This document shows, piece by piece, positions 8,270-20,108 of a stretch of 64,000 nt of DNA (positions within the stretch are counted from its first letter, which is position 1; each line of letters begins with the position of its first letter). The translations under genes were made by a program, and so were the position numbers. Under the pieces are notes generated by a model. The model had not been told where the DNA came from and ran no database searches. It worked only from the letters and a program-made list of their open reading frames with translations. The DNA is from Bacteroidaceae bacterium (GTDB lineage Bacteria > Bacteroidota > Bacteroidia > Bacteroidales > Bacteroidaceae): the NCBI GenBank assembly GCA_045617485.1, contig JAZLIR010000004.1:13475-77474 (forward strand). Reading direction: 5' to 3'.

Positions 8270-10834
8270 TCAATAGAACCACTTCACATAGCAGAAGTCC
8301 TGACGGTGTGCCAGATCAGAGTTCTTGGGATACATACGGTAGCAAATGCGGAACGTGCCTGAAAGGTCATTCTTTGTCTGACCGTGGAATGTGTACAGAT
8401 TACCCTCACGCTTCACAAGTTCAAGAGGAACAACGTGATCAAGAACCTCCTGACCATCGGCATCGGTACGCATAACCACCATCTCCACGCCAACGGCATC
8501 GTCAAGTCCCTGCTCGTCTATCACATATTCCATTGAATACGGCTTGCCGCTTTCAAGCTGGTTCTGAAGCACATTGTCGCTCTTGGTTGAACTTATAACC
8601 TGTATGGAATCCCAGCGTTCGGCAACCACTTCCTTCCAGGCAGCCAGCTCGCGGGCCTTCTGGTAATTGTTCTCCATAAGCGCATGCGAACGCTCTGCCA
8701 GCTTGCAATAGAACTTACTGTAATAGTCATCAAGCTGGCGCTTCATTGTATAATGCGGAGCTATCTGGGCAATAGAGTTCTTCATTGTCTTGACCCAGCC
8801 CTTTGACATGCCGCTCTTATCCTGGTCATAGTACAGCGGCAATATCTCATTCTCAAGCAGAGAATAGATGGTAGCAGCATCAAGCTGATCCTGATATGCC
8901 TGATTCTGATAAGTACGCTTGTCGGTAAGAGCCCAGCCGGCGCCCTTGCGGTATCCTTCGTACCACCAGCCGTCAAGAACAGACAGGTTGACAACACCGT
9001 TCATCAATGCCTTCTCGCCGCTTGTACCCGATGCCTCAAGAGGACGTGTCGGAGTGTTCAACCAGATATCAACGCCCGATACCAGACGGCGGGCAACATG
9101 CATATCGTAGTTCTCAAGGAATATAATCTTGCCAAGGAACTCGGGACGGCGGCTTATGTCAATAATCTGCTTGATAAGACCCTGACCAGCACCATCGTGC
9201 GGATGAGCCTTGCCGGTAAACAGGAACTGTACCGGATACTTAGGGTTATTGACAATCCTGGCCAGACGGTCAAGGTCTGTGAACAGCAGATGTGCGCGCT
9301 TGTATGTTGCAAAGCGACGGCCGAAACCTATGGTCAGAGCCTTCGGATTAATTTTCTCCAGAAGGGATACGATTCTTGACGGATCACCCTGATTCTTGAG
9401 CCAGCTTTCACGGAAACTCTGACGGATGAATTCAACAAGCTGGTTCTTCAAACTGAGATGCTGGTTCCAGATCACTTCGTCCGGAACATCGTAAATGGCC
9501 TCCCACAGTCCCGCATTGGACTGGTCTTTGATAAACCCTTCCTTGAAGTGTTTCCTGTACAGTTCCATCCACTCCTTCGAAGCCCATGTAGGCATGTGCA
9601 CGCCATTGGTCACATAACCGACATGACTTTCCTCTGGGAAATAGCCCTTCCATATGCCATTGAACATTTTCTTTGAAACCTCACCGTGCAGCCAGCTTAC
9701 GCCGTTAACCTCCTGACAGGTGTTGCACGCAAACGTTGACATGCAGAAACGCTCGCCATGGTCCTCGGGATTGGTGCGTCCCATACCCATGAGTTCGTCC
9801 CATGAAATACCAAGCTGCTGGGCATAGCCGCCCATATACTTGCCAAACAGGCTCTCGTCAAAATAGTCATGACCTGCAGGCACGGGAGTGTGCACCGTAT
9901 ATAGAGCCGATGCCCTTACAACCTCCATTGACTGATTGAATGTCAGGCCCTGCTTAACGTACTGCGTCAGACGGTACAGGTTGCACAGTGCGGCATGTCC
10001 TTCGTTGCAGTGATATATATCCTTCTTTATTCCGAGTGCTTCAAGTGTAAGCATACCGCCTATGCCCAGCAGAATCTCCTGCTTGAGACGGTTTTCCCAG
10101 TCACCGCCGTAAAGCTGTGATGTGATGGGACGGTCATACTCGCTGTTCAGCTCGTTGTCGGTATCCATAAGATACAGCGACACGCGGCCCACATTGACCT
10201 TCCAGATTGAAGCGTAAACGGTATAGTTTATGTAGGGAACGGCAACTGTCAGAGGCTCGCCATCGGCCTTGAATACACGCTCAATGGGCAGAGTGGAGAA
10301 ATCCTGCGGCTCATAGTTGGCAATCTGCTGGCCATCCATTGACAGCGTCTGGGTAAAATAGCCGTGACGGTACAGAAAGCCCACACCTACCATATCCACA
10401 TTGCTGTCGCTGGCCTCCTTCATATAGTCGCCGGCCAGTACGCCAAGGCCGCCCGAATATATTTTGAGCACATGGGTAAGACCATATTCCATGCAGAAAT
10501 ATGCAACCGACGGACGTGTCCTGTCAGGCTCCTGATCCATATAATTGCGGAAATTCCTATAGACTGCCTCCATGTTGTCAATGAAAGACTTCATTTTTGA
10601 CAGTTCTTCAAGTTTTTCATATCCCAGCGATGCCAGCATCTGAACCGGATTGTGATGAATCCTGGTCCACAATGCAGGATCTATGTTCTTATAAAGATCT
10701 TTAGCTTCCTGATTCCATACCCACCAGATGTTATGGGCCATTTCGTCAAGTTTCTCCAATGCTTCGGGAACCCTTGACTTGACGTTGATTTCGTGCCACA
10801 GAGGCTGATTTGAATTACTTGTCCTGATTTTCAT
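8270..10834 (-). CDS. glgP: alpha-glucan (glycogen) phosphorylase, GT35 family with DUF3417 N-terminus
   Basis: HNIWWVWN...IDPALW DUF3417 signature; 854 aa; typical GT35 phosphorylase of Bacteroidota. Confidence 0.9.
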   Translation of the reverse strand: MKIRTSNSNQPLWHEINVKSRVPEALEKLDEMAHNIWWVWNQEAKDLYKNIDPALWTRIHHNPVQMLASLGYEKLEELSKMKSFIDNMEAVYRNFRNYMDQEPDRTRPSVAYFCMEYGLTHVLKIYSGGLGVLAGDYMKEASDSNVDMVGVGFLYRHGYFTQTLSMDGQQIANYEPQDFSTLPIERVFKADGEPLTVAVPYINYTVYASIWKVNVGRVSLYLMDTDNELNSEYDRPITSQLYGGDWENRLKQEILLGIGGMLTLEALGIKKDIYHCNEGHAALCNLYRLTQYVKQGLTFNQSMEVVRASALYTVHTPVPAGHDYFDESLFGKYMGGYAQQLGISWDELMGMGRTNPEDHGERFCMSTFACNTCQEVNGVSWLHGEVSKKMFNGIWKGYFPEESHVGYVTNGVHMPTWASKEWMELYRKHFKEGFIKDQSNAGLWEAIYDVPDEVIWNQHLSLKNQLVEFIRQSFRESWLKNQGDPSRIVSLLEKINPKALTIGFGRRFATYKRAHLLFTDLDRLARIVNNPKYPVQFLFTGKAHPHDGAGQGLIKQIIDISRRPEFLGKIIFLENYDMHVARRLVSGVDIWLNTPTRPLEASGTSGEKALMNGVVNLSVLDGWWYEGYRKGAGWALTDKRTYQNQAYQDQLDAATIYSLLENEILPLYYDQDKSGMSKGWVKTMKNSIAQIAPHYTMKRQLDDYYSKFYCKLAERSHALMENNYQKARELAAWKEVVAERWDSIQVISSTKSDNVLQNQLESGKPYSMEYVIDEQGLDDAVGVEMVVMRTDADGQEVLDHVVPLELVKREGNLYTFHGQTKNDLSGTFRICYRMYPKNSDLAHRQDFCYVKWFY

Positions 10835-10856
10835 CTTATGTCGTAAAAATACATTT

Positions 10857-12524
10857 TCAATTGTCGTGACATCTTGCCGACGCCGCCTTTAGTGCCATGT
10901 CATAAGCTTCAAGGTAGCTGCCTATGAAGTTCTTCCACAGCGCTTTCGATGCCACACCGGCCGCAGCGCTGCGTACAGCATCACGCTGTCCGCTATCCAT
11001 ATCCAGCCACCGGGTAATGATGTCACGGATATGATCCGATGCCTGATTCCAGTTGTCATCATCACGATGCACCACAGCAACGCCGTCGGCAAGGTCTGCG
11101 TCATGGCCGGTTTCAGAGTTCACCCATAGGCCGAATCCGGCCAGATCGGATGTGACGGTCGGAACATGGAAAGCGGCACTTTCAAGCGGAGTATAGCCCC
11201 ATGGCTCATAATACGATGGGAATATCGCCAGATCCTGACCTATCAGCAAATCATAATACGTTCTGTTGAAAATGCCGTCATTGCCGTCCAGATAACAGGG
11301 AACGAACATGATTTTCACATTGTCAGACTGGCTGTTGCCCCAGCCGTTGCAGACTAGAGCCGACACGATGCTGTCTTCGGCCATGTTATGCAGCCAGTGC
11401 GTAATGAACGGCGAATTCAGGGGCCTGGCGACTGAATTCTGGACGACTGAATTCTGGAGGTCCTTTCTGGCCTCTCTTACCCATGCCGGAACATTTATCA
11501 GAGCCAGAACATTATGCCCGTCGGCCAGACCGCTGTCACGCAGATTACGCAGTGAATCCAGAAACAGGTCAATACCCTTGTTGTGGAACTCATTGCGTCC
11601 TCCTATTCCTATTATCTGTGTATCATCGTCCCACCTTGTACCGAAAAGCGCATTGGCAACCTTGAGTATTGACCTGCGTGCCTCGGCACGACGTGCCTCA
11701 AAAATTCCGGCAGACGGAACAAAACCGTTCTCGAAACCGTTCTTGGTTATGACGTGCGGAGTGATTTCCAGCAGTTGTGCACATTCTCTGGCGGTAATGT
11801 CGCTGACGGTCGTGAAACAGTCAACGTTATGTGCAGTCTGTTTCTCGATGGAATGCTTTGACTCCATGTTCAGTTCCTGAGCCATCTGATCTCCGTGATA
11901 GCCCTCGAAATACCGGTACAGCTGCTTGCCGTTTCCGCAGATGGAACGTCCTATCGATGTGGCATGCGTTGTGAATACGGTTGCAATCTGCGGAATGAAG
12001 TGCTTTATCATGAGGGCACCCAGCCCGGTCATCCATTCATGCGCATGATAGACCACTTTGAAATTCGGACCGATGGCATAGTTGTAGAAGCTGCGCACCG
12101 TCAAAGCGGCGGCAAGCGAGAACATCGACGACTCATCGTAATCACCGTAAGCGTGAAGTGAATCGACCTTGTACAAGTCCCATGCTCTGGCATAGATGCT
12201 GTTTCTGTCACCGTAACAGGCAGCAAAGTCAATAAGCATGACCATGGGCTTGCCGGGTATGTTCCACCTGCCCATGCGTACGGAAATGTTTTCGGTTGCC
12301 CTAAATGAACTAATCCAATCGGGATAAAGTGTCCTGTCCTCGATGAACAGCGCGTTTTCGCGGTTCTGCCAAATATCCGGACCAATGTAAATGAGGGTAG
12401 CGCCAGACTTCTGCTGCAATGTCTTGGCCTGGGTGGAAAGCACAGTGTAAATTCCACCCACCTTATTGCACACCTCCCAACTGACGGAGAAAATATAATC
12501 CGGTTTTATCCTTGCATTTGTCAT
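10857..12524 (-). CDS. glycogen synthase, GT3 (eukaryotic-like) family
   Basis: [21 protein letters not shown]-terminal motif of GT3 glycogen synthases. Confidence 0.85.
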   Translation of the reverse strand: MTNARIKPDYIFSVSWEVCNKVGGIYTVLSTQAKTLQQKSGATLIYIGPDIWQNRENALFIEDRTLYPDWISSFRATENISVRMGRWNIPGKPMVMLIDFAACYGDRNSIYARAWDLYKVDSLHAYGDYDESSMFSLAAALTVRSFYNYAIGPNFKVVYHAHEWMTGLGALMIKHFIPQIATVFTTHATSIGRSICGNGKQLYRYFEGYHGDQMAQELNMESKHSIEKQTAHNVDCFTTVSDITARECAQLLEITPHVITKNGFENGFVPSAGIFEARRAEARRSILKVANALFGTRWDDDTQIIGIGGRNEFHNKGIDLFLDSLRNLRDSGLADGHNVLALINVPAWVREARKDLQNSVVQNSVARPLNSPFITHWLHNMAEDSIVSALVCNGWGNSQSDNVKIMFVPCYLDGNDGIFNRTYYDLLIGQDLAIFPSYYEPWGYTPLESAAFHVPTVTSDLAGFGLWVNSETGHDADLADGVAVVHRDDDNWNQASDHIRDIITRWLDMDSGQRDAVRSAAAGVASKALWKNFIGSYLEAYDMALKAASARCHDN

Positions 12525-12592
12525 AACTGACTCCCGATATCAGGCTGCAAAGTTACCGAAAAACCTTATATCCGCCTATATTTTTTCAGACT

Positions 12593-13072
<480 letters not shown>

Positions 13073-13087
13073 CTACTGTTCAAACAG

Positions 13088-14905
13088 TCACTCCGTTGCA
13101 GTCCCTCCTTCTCTGCGGAAAGGTCTGTATTCCGTTCCTCCGCCCGTATATCCGGCATTCTTGAAGAACTCGACAAATGTAAGTCGCATAGGATGCACCA
13201 CAGCACCCAGAATGTTCATAAAGATATTGAGTGCATGACCTATGACAAAAATCAGCGCCGTCACAATGAAACCTACCACCGGTATATCCGGACTCATTCC
13301 TGTTGCCATACTGTTGAATACATTTGCAAGTATGCCTCCCGACAGTCCCAAAGCGAACAGACGGACATACGACAGCACGTCGCCCAGAAGTCCGGTCGCC
13401 ATGTTGTAAGTGTCCCACAGACCGAGACCGATGTTCAGCAGCGGGTTTCTGCCAGGACTGTTGAGCAGGAATATTCCAACGCAGGCAATAGAAATAAGTG
13501 CAATGACTACAGGATTGCCAAACCCTGTTCCTGTCACCACAGCCACAATTACCGTAATCAGTAAAAGCAGCCACCCCAAAGTGCCGATTGCAGACTTGAA
13601 CCCGGTCTGGACAGTAAGATTTACAGCCTTTACTGCCATACCCAACAATATCTGAACCACACCGATATACAGCGATATGGTGAACATCTGTGAATTCTCC
13701 CTATACAGAAGCTCTTTCATATCCGCAATGAACGATATGTTCAGACTGTACAGACTGAAGCCGAAAAAAGAGCCGGAAAGCAGTCCGCACAACATCGTAC
13801 TTGCGCCGAACAGAACAACCAGCCACTTAGAAAACTCCGGATTAATCAGCTGGAACAGCTTTGTGAATATGGGAAGCGCCACTATCATCAGCAGTCCGTA
13901 GCCTATGTCTCCAAGACAAAGTCCGAAGAACAGCATGAAGAACGGAGCAAAGATAAGCGTCAGATCCAGCTCATAGTATGTGGGAAGCATATAGAGCTTG
14001 GTCAGAGGCTCAAACAGTCTGGCAAACCTGTTGTTGTCCAGACGTATTGGAATATCATCACCGACTTCGGGATCCAGGACATCACAGAACACGCCGGTAT
14101 CAACAAGACGCTCCAGAATAGCGTCGGTCTGCGATGCTGGAGCCCACCCTTCAAGAAGCACAAGCGAATCATCGCAGGTCTTCTCGCCGGAAAGCTTCAC
14201 CTTTTCCAGGCTGATTCTGTCTGAAGTTTCGCTTACAGCCCGTTCAAGTACCGACAATCCCGATCTGGCAAGTTCGGCCATCTGTTGCGGAATGGCATTG
14301 ATTCTGGCCTTTACTTCCATTTCACGCGCGTCTATGGCAGACAATGAAGTGTCAGGCAGATGACACACTTCGGCATCAATATCAAGTTGTACTCCAGGTT
14401 TTGTCAGAGTGACAAAATATATTCTTTGCCTGTCGTTGCCGACTTTTATGGCATCGTACTTTTCAACCCACTCTTCACTGAACGATTTCAGCGGGCACAC
14501 GTAAAAACCAAGCATATAGCCGGCCTCTTCCAGAAGTTCAACCTTGGATGGTTCAAAATCGCCCCACGGCTGCAATTGGGCACGTTCACGCGACAGGACC
14601 TGAAGACTCTGTTCAAGGGCGGCCCTGGTGTTCATGAGCGCATCGTAACGTTCAAGAACCTCATCGGCACTGAGTGAACCGTCTGCAGCGTTTCCATCGG
14701 TCTGTTTCACGTTCTCGAATGCGGCAAGGGCAGTCTGAAGCCTTGCAAGAGTCTTCAAATCCGCACCGAGAGCTGTATCGGGTGCAGCTGTCCCCTGTTT
14801 GATGGTTGAAACATGCACCACGCCAAGCGAACGGAGCTGTTCAAGGAAAGCATCATACTCCCTGTGGAATACCAGGAAGTCCAGTTTTTTCATTTTCGTA
14901 ATCAT
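13088..14905 (-). CDS. V-type ATP synthase subunit I (a-subunit)
   Basis: 605 aa with soluble N-terminal half and polytopic C-terminal half; operon context. Confidence 0.9.
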   Translation of the reverse strand: MITKMKKLDFLVFHREYDAFLEQLRSLGVVHVSTIKQGTAAPDTALGADLKTLARLQTALAAFENVKQTDGNAADGSLSADEVLERYDALMNTRAALEQSLQVLSRERAQLQPWGDFEPSKVELLEEAGYMLGFYVCPLKSFSEEWVEKYDAIKVGNDRQRIYFVTLTKPGVQLDIDAEVCHLPDTSLSAIDAREMEVKARINAIPQQMAELARSGLSVLERAVSETSDRISLEKVKLSGEKTCDDSLVLLEGWAPASQTDAILERLVDTGVFCDVLDPEVGDDIPIRLDNNRFARLFEPLTKLYMLPTYYELDLTLIFAPFFMLFFGLCLGDIGYGLLMIVALPIFTKLFQLINPEFSKWLVVLFGASTMLCGLLSGSFFGFSLYSLNISFIADMKELLYRENSQMFTISLYIGVVQILLGMAVKAVNLTVQTGFKSAIGTLGWLLLLITVIVAVVTGTGFGNPVVIALISIACVGIFLLNSPGRNPLLNIGLGLWDTYNMATGLLGDVLSYVRLFALGLSGGILANVFNSMATGMSPDIPVVGFIVTALIFVIGHALNIFMNILGAVVHPMRLTFVEFFKNAGYTGGGTEYRPFRREGGTATE

Positions 14906-15519
14906 GACTCCTGCTCAGCTTTTTTGGTTGCACGCTGTTCCAGAAGCGATTTCAGGATTTTCTGACTGGACTTGGAAAGATTCTCCTCGTCCTCCATGAA
15001 ACGCTTTATCTTTCTTATGGCATCCTCATACCCCGGAATCTGCACCTTTTCGAAAAGGTTCACTTTCTGTGTGGTTTTCTTGCGGGCCTTCTCCAGCAAT
15101 GCCAGCTTTGCCTGGGTGAATTCACACAGAATGGCTGCACGGGCCAGATCCTCAAGTATGCTTATGCCGTCATAGTACCATTTCGGCTGGCTGAACAGAC
15201 TGAAATCCTTTACCTGGAACTCAACTCCGTCAAGGACAGGAATACGTGTACCGGCAATCTTCTTTATGCTCAGATTCACGTCCTTCACGCTGACCAGAGT
15301 CGGATCAAATTCATTCCATAGGGCGAACATGGAATCATAACGCATAATGCCCTGCTCCAGTTCGGCATTCAGTGTTGTCAGGCTGTCCTTGCATTTCTTC
15401 ACCTCGACACGCAGCGCACTCTCCTTGCTCTTAATAATCGGCAAGGTGCGCATACGTATTTTCAGCTGCTTTTCAAGCTGCTGGAGCGAAGTCTTGTTAT
15501 ATTGGAACCTGATGGACAT
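14902..15519 (-). CDS. V-type ATP synthase subunit D
   Basis: 205-aa coiled-coil protein overlapping the I subunit start by 4 nt. Confidence 0.88.
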   Translation of the reverse strand: MSIRFQYNKTSLQQLEKQLKIRMRTLPIIKSKESALRVEVKKCKDSLTTLNAELEQGIMRYDSMFALWNEFDPTLVSVKDVNLSIKKIAGTRIPVLDGVEFQVKDFSLFSQPKWYYDGISILEDLARAAILCEFTQAKLALLEKARKKTTQKVNLFEKVQIPGYEDAIRKIKRFMEDEENLSKSSQKILKSLLEQRATKKAEQES

Positions 15520-15525
15520 ACTCTT

Positions 15526-16848
15526 TTAATTCTTGGGCCAGTACTTCTCAACCATGGCAGCCTTGATATTGACCTCGTCGGGCTTGAAATATTTTGCAAA
15601 CAGTCCCCATGTCACATCAAGCATCTGAGTCGTATCAAGATTGACATCAATTGCCAGCAGCTGGTCTGAATAATCCCTGGCAAAGGCCAGTGCACGCTCG
15701 TCATAATCGGTCAGGTCAAAACCGTTCTCGACCTTGGTACGTGCATTCGATGCATCGGCATAAAGACGCACTGCCGCGTTCATGACCTGCGGATGGTCAT
15801 CACGGGTTTTCTTTCCGTTGACAAGCTGCTTGAGTCGTGACAGTGAACGGAACGGATCAACGATAACCTTTCCTATCTCGGTATCACGGCGCAGGAACAG
15901 CTGGCCCTCGGTAATGTAACCGGTATTGTCAGGAACGGCATGTGTAATGTCGCCACCCGACAGGGTTGTAACGGCAATGATGGTAATTGAACCGCCGGCA
16001 GGGAACTGCACAGCCTTTTCGTAAATCTTCGCAAGGTCCGAATACAGCGAGCCGGGCATGGAGTCCTTTGACGGAATCTGGTCCATGCGGTTCGATACAA
16101 TGGCAAGAGCATCGGCATACGATGTCATATCGCTCAAAAGCACCAGTACCTTTTCGTTCTTCTCGACTGCAAAGTACTCGGCAGCGGTAAGTGCCATATC
16201 GGGAACAAGCAGACGTTCAACCGCAGGGTCCTGGGTTGTGTTCATGAAACCTATTATGCGGTCCATGGCACCTGCATTCGAGAACACGTTCTTGAAATAC
16301 AGATAGTCATCGTTCGTCATACCCATACCTCCCAGAATAATCTTGTCGGCCTGGGCACGCATGGCCACCGTAGCCATAACCTGATTGAAAGGCTGGTCCG
16401 GATCTGCAAAGAACGGTATCTTCTGGCCCGATACCAGAGTATTGTTCAGGTCAATGCCCGCAATACCTGTGGCAATAAGTTCCGACGGCTGCTTGCGGCG
16501 TACAGGGTTCACCGACGGGCCGCCTATCTCGACTTCCTTTCCCTCCACCTCAGGGCCCCCGTCAATGGGGTCGCCGTATGCGTTAAAAAAACGTCCTGCA
16601 AGCTGTTCACTCACCTTGAGGCTTGGAGCCTCGCCCATGAATACAACCTCAGCGTTGGTCGGAATACCGCCTGTTCCCTGAAACACCTGTAACGTAACCT
16701 CGTCACCCTCAATCTTCACGACCTGTGCCAGACGTCCGTCAATGACGGCCAGTTCGTCATAACCCACATTCTGAGCGTAGAGCGAACAGGTAGCCTTGGT
16801 TATCTGGCTTATTTTGGTGTATATTTTCTGAAAAGCCTTTGTTGTCAT
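15526..16848 (-). CDS. V-type ATP synthase subunit B
   Basis: 440 aa; non-catalytic B-subunit conservation (GTGGIPTN...SGQKIP). Confidence 0.93.
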   Translation of the reverse strand: MTTKAFQKIYTKISQITKATCSLYAQNVGYDELAVIDGRLAQVVKIEGDEVTLQVFQGTGGIPTNAEVVFMGEAPSLKVSEQLAGRFFNAYGDPIDGGPEVEGKEVEIGGPSVNPVRRKQPSELIATGIAGIDLNNTLVSGQKIPFFADPDQPFNQVMATVAMRAQADKIILGGMGMTNDDYLYFKNVFSNAGAMDRIIGFMNTTQDPAVERLLVPDMALTAAEYFAVEKNEKVLVLLSDMTSYADALAIVSNRMDQIPSKDSMPGSLYSDLAKIYEKAVQFPAGGSITIIAVTTLSGGDITHAVPDNTGYITEGQLFLRRDTEIGKVIVDPFRSLSRLKQLVNGKKTRDDHPQVMNAAVRLYADASNARTKVENGFDLTDYDERALAFARDYSDQLLAIDVNLDTTQMLDVTWGLFAKYFKPDEVNIKAAMVEKYWPKN

Positions 16849-16860
16849 ATTTCTTGTAGG

Positions 16861-18618
16861 TTAGGCGGTTTTACGTTCGTCAAGCAGCAGTTGCAACTTC
16901 TGTTCAAACTCCTTGTACTTATCACTTTCGAACTCGCTGTAGTTCATCTGCTTGAGCAGGTTGATGATCTGTTTGAACCAGTCAGTCACTTCAAGGAAGC
17001 TATCGAACCTGAACTGCGAATGGCATATGTCAATGACACGGTCAACAATAGCACGCTGGCGGGCCAGAGGCGTTACAGCGTCTATCTCATCGAAAGCATC
17101 CTGCTGAAGCACAATAAAATCGATAAGTTCCGATTTCCAGAACGTGACATGATAATCGACTGGAACGCCGTCATCGCCAAGAATGTTGATCTGTTCCGAA
17201 ATTTCCTTGCCACGCTGCAGACGTGTCTTCAGTTCGTTGACCTTTTCAGTCCAGTCAGCGTCAATGATTCCCGAAATGTACTGCTGGAATTCAGGATAGT
17301 CAAGATACTTTGAATATGAATCAATCGGATTGATGGCCGGATAGCGCTTACGGTCGGCACGTTCCTGTTCCAGAGCATAGAAGCACCTTGCAACCTTCTT
17401 GGTATTTTCCGTAACAGGTTCCTTCAGGTTACCGCCTGCCGGTGATACCGTTCCTATGAAAGTGATTGAACCGGACTGTCCGTTGTTGAGTTTTACATAA
17501 CCGGCGCGCCCGTAGAAGTTTGCTATTATTGACGAAATATCCATCGGGAAGGCATCGGGACCCGGAAGCTCCTCCATACGGTTGGACATTTCGCGCAGAG
17601 CCTGTGCCCAGCGGCTGGTGGAATCGGCCATAAGCAGAACGCGCAATCCCATGGAACGATAGTATTCCGCAATGGCCATAGCCGTATAAACCGATGCCTC
17701 ACGGGCGGCTACAGGCATGTTCGACGTATTGGCTATTATTATGGTACGCTCCATAAGCTTGCGACCGGTATGCGGGTCATCCAGTTCAGGGAACTCGGTG
17801 AAGATCTCCACTACCTCGTTGGCACGTTCACCGCATGCGGCAATGATTACTATATCGGCCTCGGCCTGCTTTGAAATGGCATGCTGGAGCACCGTCTTGC
17901 CAGTACCGAAAGGTCCGGGAATGAATCCGGTTCCACCTTCAACAATCGGATTAAGCGTATCGATTGAGCGCACGCCTGTCTCAAGAAGCTTGAACGGACG
18001 CGGTTTCTCCCTGTAGTTGGTCATAGGCACCTTAACAGGCCATTTCTGAATCATGTTCACGCTGACCGTCTCGCCCTGTTCATTCTCAATTACGGCAATG
18101 GTGTCATTAATGTGGTAATCGCCTTCGCCGACTATTGACTTGACCGTATATTTTCCTTCAAGCTGGAACGGAGCCATAATCTTGAGTTTCTGGAAGTTCT
18201 CTATGACCTCGCCCATCCAGGCCGATGCAACTACCGTGTCTCCCGCTGCAACCAGAGGCTTGAAATGCCATATCTGCTCATAGTCAAGAGGGAAAGTGTA
18301 TTCTCCGCGTTTCAGGAAAACGCCCGTCATCTTGTCCAGGTCATTCTGAAGACCGTCATAATTGTGTGACAGCATACCGGGACCGAGAGTCACCTCAAGC
18401 ATGTGTCCGGCAAATTCTGCAGGAGCGCCGACCTTGAGTCCGCGGGTACTCTCAAAGACCTGCACATAGACATTGTCCCCCACCACTTTGATAACCTCGG
18501 ACATAAGCCTGTCACCGCCGGTTTCAATATAGCAGATTTCATTCTGTGCAACAGGTCCGTCAACCTTCAGAGTGACCATGTTGGCAATGACTCCGCATAC
18601 TGTTCCTTTTGTAGCCAT
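16861..18618 (-). CDS. V-type ATP synthase subunit A (catalytic)
   Basis: 585 aa; Walker A GPFGTGKT; A-subunit architecture. Confidence 0.93.
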   Translation of the reverse strand: MATKGTVCGVIANMVTLKVDGPVAQNEICYIETGGDRLMSEVIKVVGDNVYVQVFESTRGLKVGAPAEFAGHMLEVTLGPGMLSHNYDGLQNDLDKMTGVFLKRGEYTFPLDYEQIWHFKPLVAAGDTVVASAWMGEVIENFQKLKIMAPFQLEGKYTVKSIVGEGDYHINDTIAVIENEQGETVSVNMIQKWPVKVPMTNYREKPRPFKLLETGVRSIDTLNPIVEGGTGFIPGPFGTGKTVLQHAISKQAEADIVIIAACGERANEVVEIFTEFPELDDPHTGRKLMERTIIIANTSNMPVAAREASVYTAMAIAEYYRSMGLRVLLMADSTSRWAQALREMSNRMEELPGPDAFPMDISSIIANFYGRAGYVKLNNGQSGSITFIGTVSPAGGNLKEPVTENTKKVARCFYALEQERADRKRYPAINPIDSYSKYLDYPEFQQYISGIIDADWTEKVNELKTRLQRGKEISEQINILGDDGVPVDYHVTFWKSELIDFIVLQQDAFDEIDAVTPLARQRAIVDRVIDICHSQFRFDSFLEVTDWFKQIINLLKQMNYSEFESDKYKEFEQKLQLLLDERKTA

Positions 18619-18629
18619 TTATTGTATTT

Positions 18630-19469
18630 TTAATTGTTATCGAATCCGTCAGGCACCTGCACCTGTCCCTTGAGTTCTCCTATCAGTCCTCTGAGTATTT
18701 TCTCGCCCCCCTCATGGTCAAGGCTGTTCCAACGCCATGCTATTGAAAGCCTTTCCATATAGGAAAACAGGTATTCCACAGAAAAGAATGAGAAAAAGCT
18801 GTTTTCCTCAAGCCATTTCCAACGCATCATATCCACCAGATGCTCACGCCTGGCAAGGTCCTGTTCGTCACTTATGCGCTGCAGTTCATCCAGGAAATCC
18901 AGTTCTCCGGAAAGTCCCCAGTCACGCGCACCGCTGGAACACAGCTGTTTTGCAGTTTCACTGTCACCGACAACAAGTTTCTGCACTTCCAGACCGTATT
19001 TGCGTGCAGCCATCGCTGTCTGCACATTGCCGAGATCCATATTGAAGCGGTACCAGTCACTTACAAAAGCGTTGTCCGAACCGATGGCATATTCATAGAA
19101 GGCTGCCAGAAGACGGTCGGTTATCCTGTCGCCGTTATCCTGCTGCAGTAAACTGCATAAGCACTCCCACATGAATACGGGAATATAATCGGGGCGGCTC
19201 TCTCCTGACTTTGCCTGACTGACGGCATCTTCAAGCTGTGCCGCTGTCAGCAGTCCCTCCTGTTCTGTTTCCGGAACTGATCTGTCCTCCAGAAAAGCGG
19301 CCAGACGGCGGCAGTCTGCTTCCACTGAAGGCAATTCCAGCAGACGGCGGTCAGACGCACTTACCTGAGGAAGAACTTCACTGCGAAAATCCTCCAGAGT
19401 AAGCTGTGGCTTGCCGTCATCTCCGTCAAGATTGGCAAGACCCGCCACCAGATAATAGTATTTGCCCAT
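18630..19469 (-). CDS. DUF2764 protein (the C-subunit-like component of Bacteroidota V-ATPase operons)
   Basis: Lies between the E and A subunits, as in Bacteroides V-ATPase operons; 279 aa. Confidence 0.7.
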   Translation of the reverse strand: MGKYYYLVAGLANLDGDDGKPQLTLEDFRSEVLPQVSASDRRLLELPSVEADCRRLAAFLEDRSVPETEQEGLLTAAQLEDAVSQAKSGESRPDYIPVFMWECLCSLLQQDNGDRITDRLLAAFYEYAIGSDNAFVSDWYRFNMDLGNVQTAMAARKYGLEVQKLVVGDSETAKQLCSSGARDWGLSGELDFLDELQRISDEQDLARREHLVDMMRWKWLEENSFFSFFSVEYLFSYMERLSIAWRWNSLDHEGGEKILRGLIGELKGQVQVPDGFDNN

Positions 19470-19486
19470 TGTCCAGTGAAAAGTTA

Positions 19487-20077
19487 TCAGAACAGCACTT
19501 CAACCAGCTGTTCACGCAGAATCGACTTGAGCCAGCTCTCAAATTCCTGCTGACCGAAATCAAGTTTGTATGAACCGTCCTTGGGTTGGATTGAGAAAAA
19601 AGCGGTACGGCCGCCAACCTGTCTGATTTCCAGACCACCGTCCAAAAGTTCCTTGGCTCTGGTCATAAAATACGTTCTGAGACTGTCAGCCTGAGTCGTG
19701 GCAATGACCGGGGCCTGAGCACCATTCCAGTTCTTTGCTATTTCAAGAATGAATGAATTGAATGCCTCCTGATTTGTACAGAAGCCTTCCACCGACTCGT
19801 CAACTATACGGTTTGTTATCACCGTCGCAATCTCCGACTTAAGAGCTCCCAATGCCTGCTGAGACTGAAGTTTCAGTTCCTTGAGAACGTTCTCGGAATG
19901 TGCCCTGCTGTCTTTTTCAGCATCGGCAATGATTTTGGCAGCCTCCTTTTTCGCATTGTCCGTCAATGCTTCGGCCTGCTGCTGCGCCTGAGCGACAATC
20001 TGATCGGCCTGAGCCTGTCCTTTAGCGACACCCTCGTTGTAGATTCGGTCTGTGAGTTCCTGGATTTTACTGTTCAT
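19487..20077 (-). CDS. V-type ATP synthase subunit E
   Basis: 196-aa Ala/Gln/Glu-rich coiled coil; first gene of the operon. Confidence 0.85.
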   Translation of the reverse strand: MNSKIQELTDRIYNEGVAKGQAQADQIVAQAQQQAEALTDNAKKEAAKIIADAEKDSRAHSENVLKELKLQSQQALGALKSEIATVITNRIVDESVEGFCTNQEAFNSFILEIAKNWNGAQAPVIATTQADSLRTYFMTRAKELLDGGLEIRQVGGRTAFFSIQPKDGSYKLDFGQQEFESWLKSILREQLVEVLF

Positions 20078-20108
20078 ATTGCGTTCCTGTTATTTCGTCG
20101 TTGTTCCG

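Noticed and set aside
16891-17313. 140-aa plus-strand ORF inside V-ATPase A
   Set aside because: Antisense shadow ORF of a highly conserved gene.
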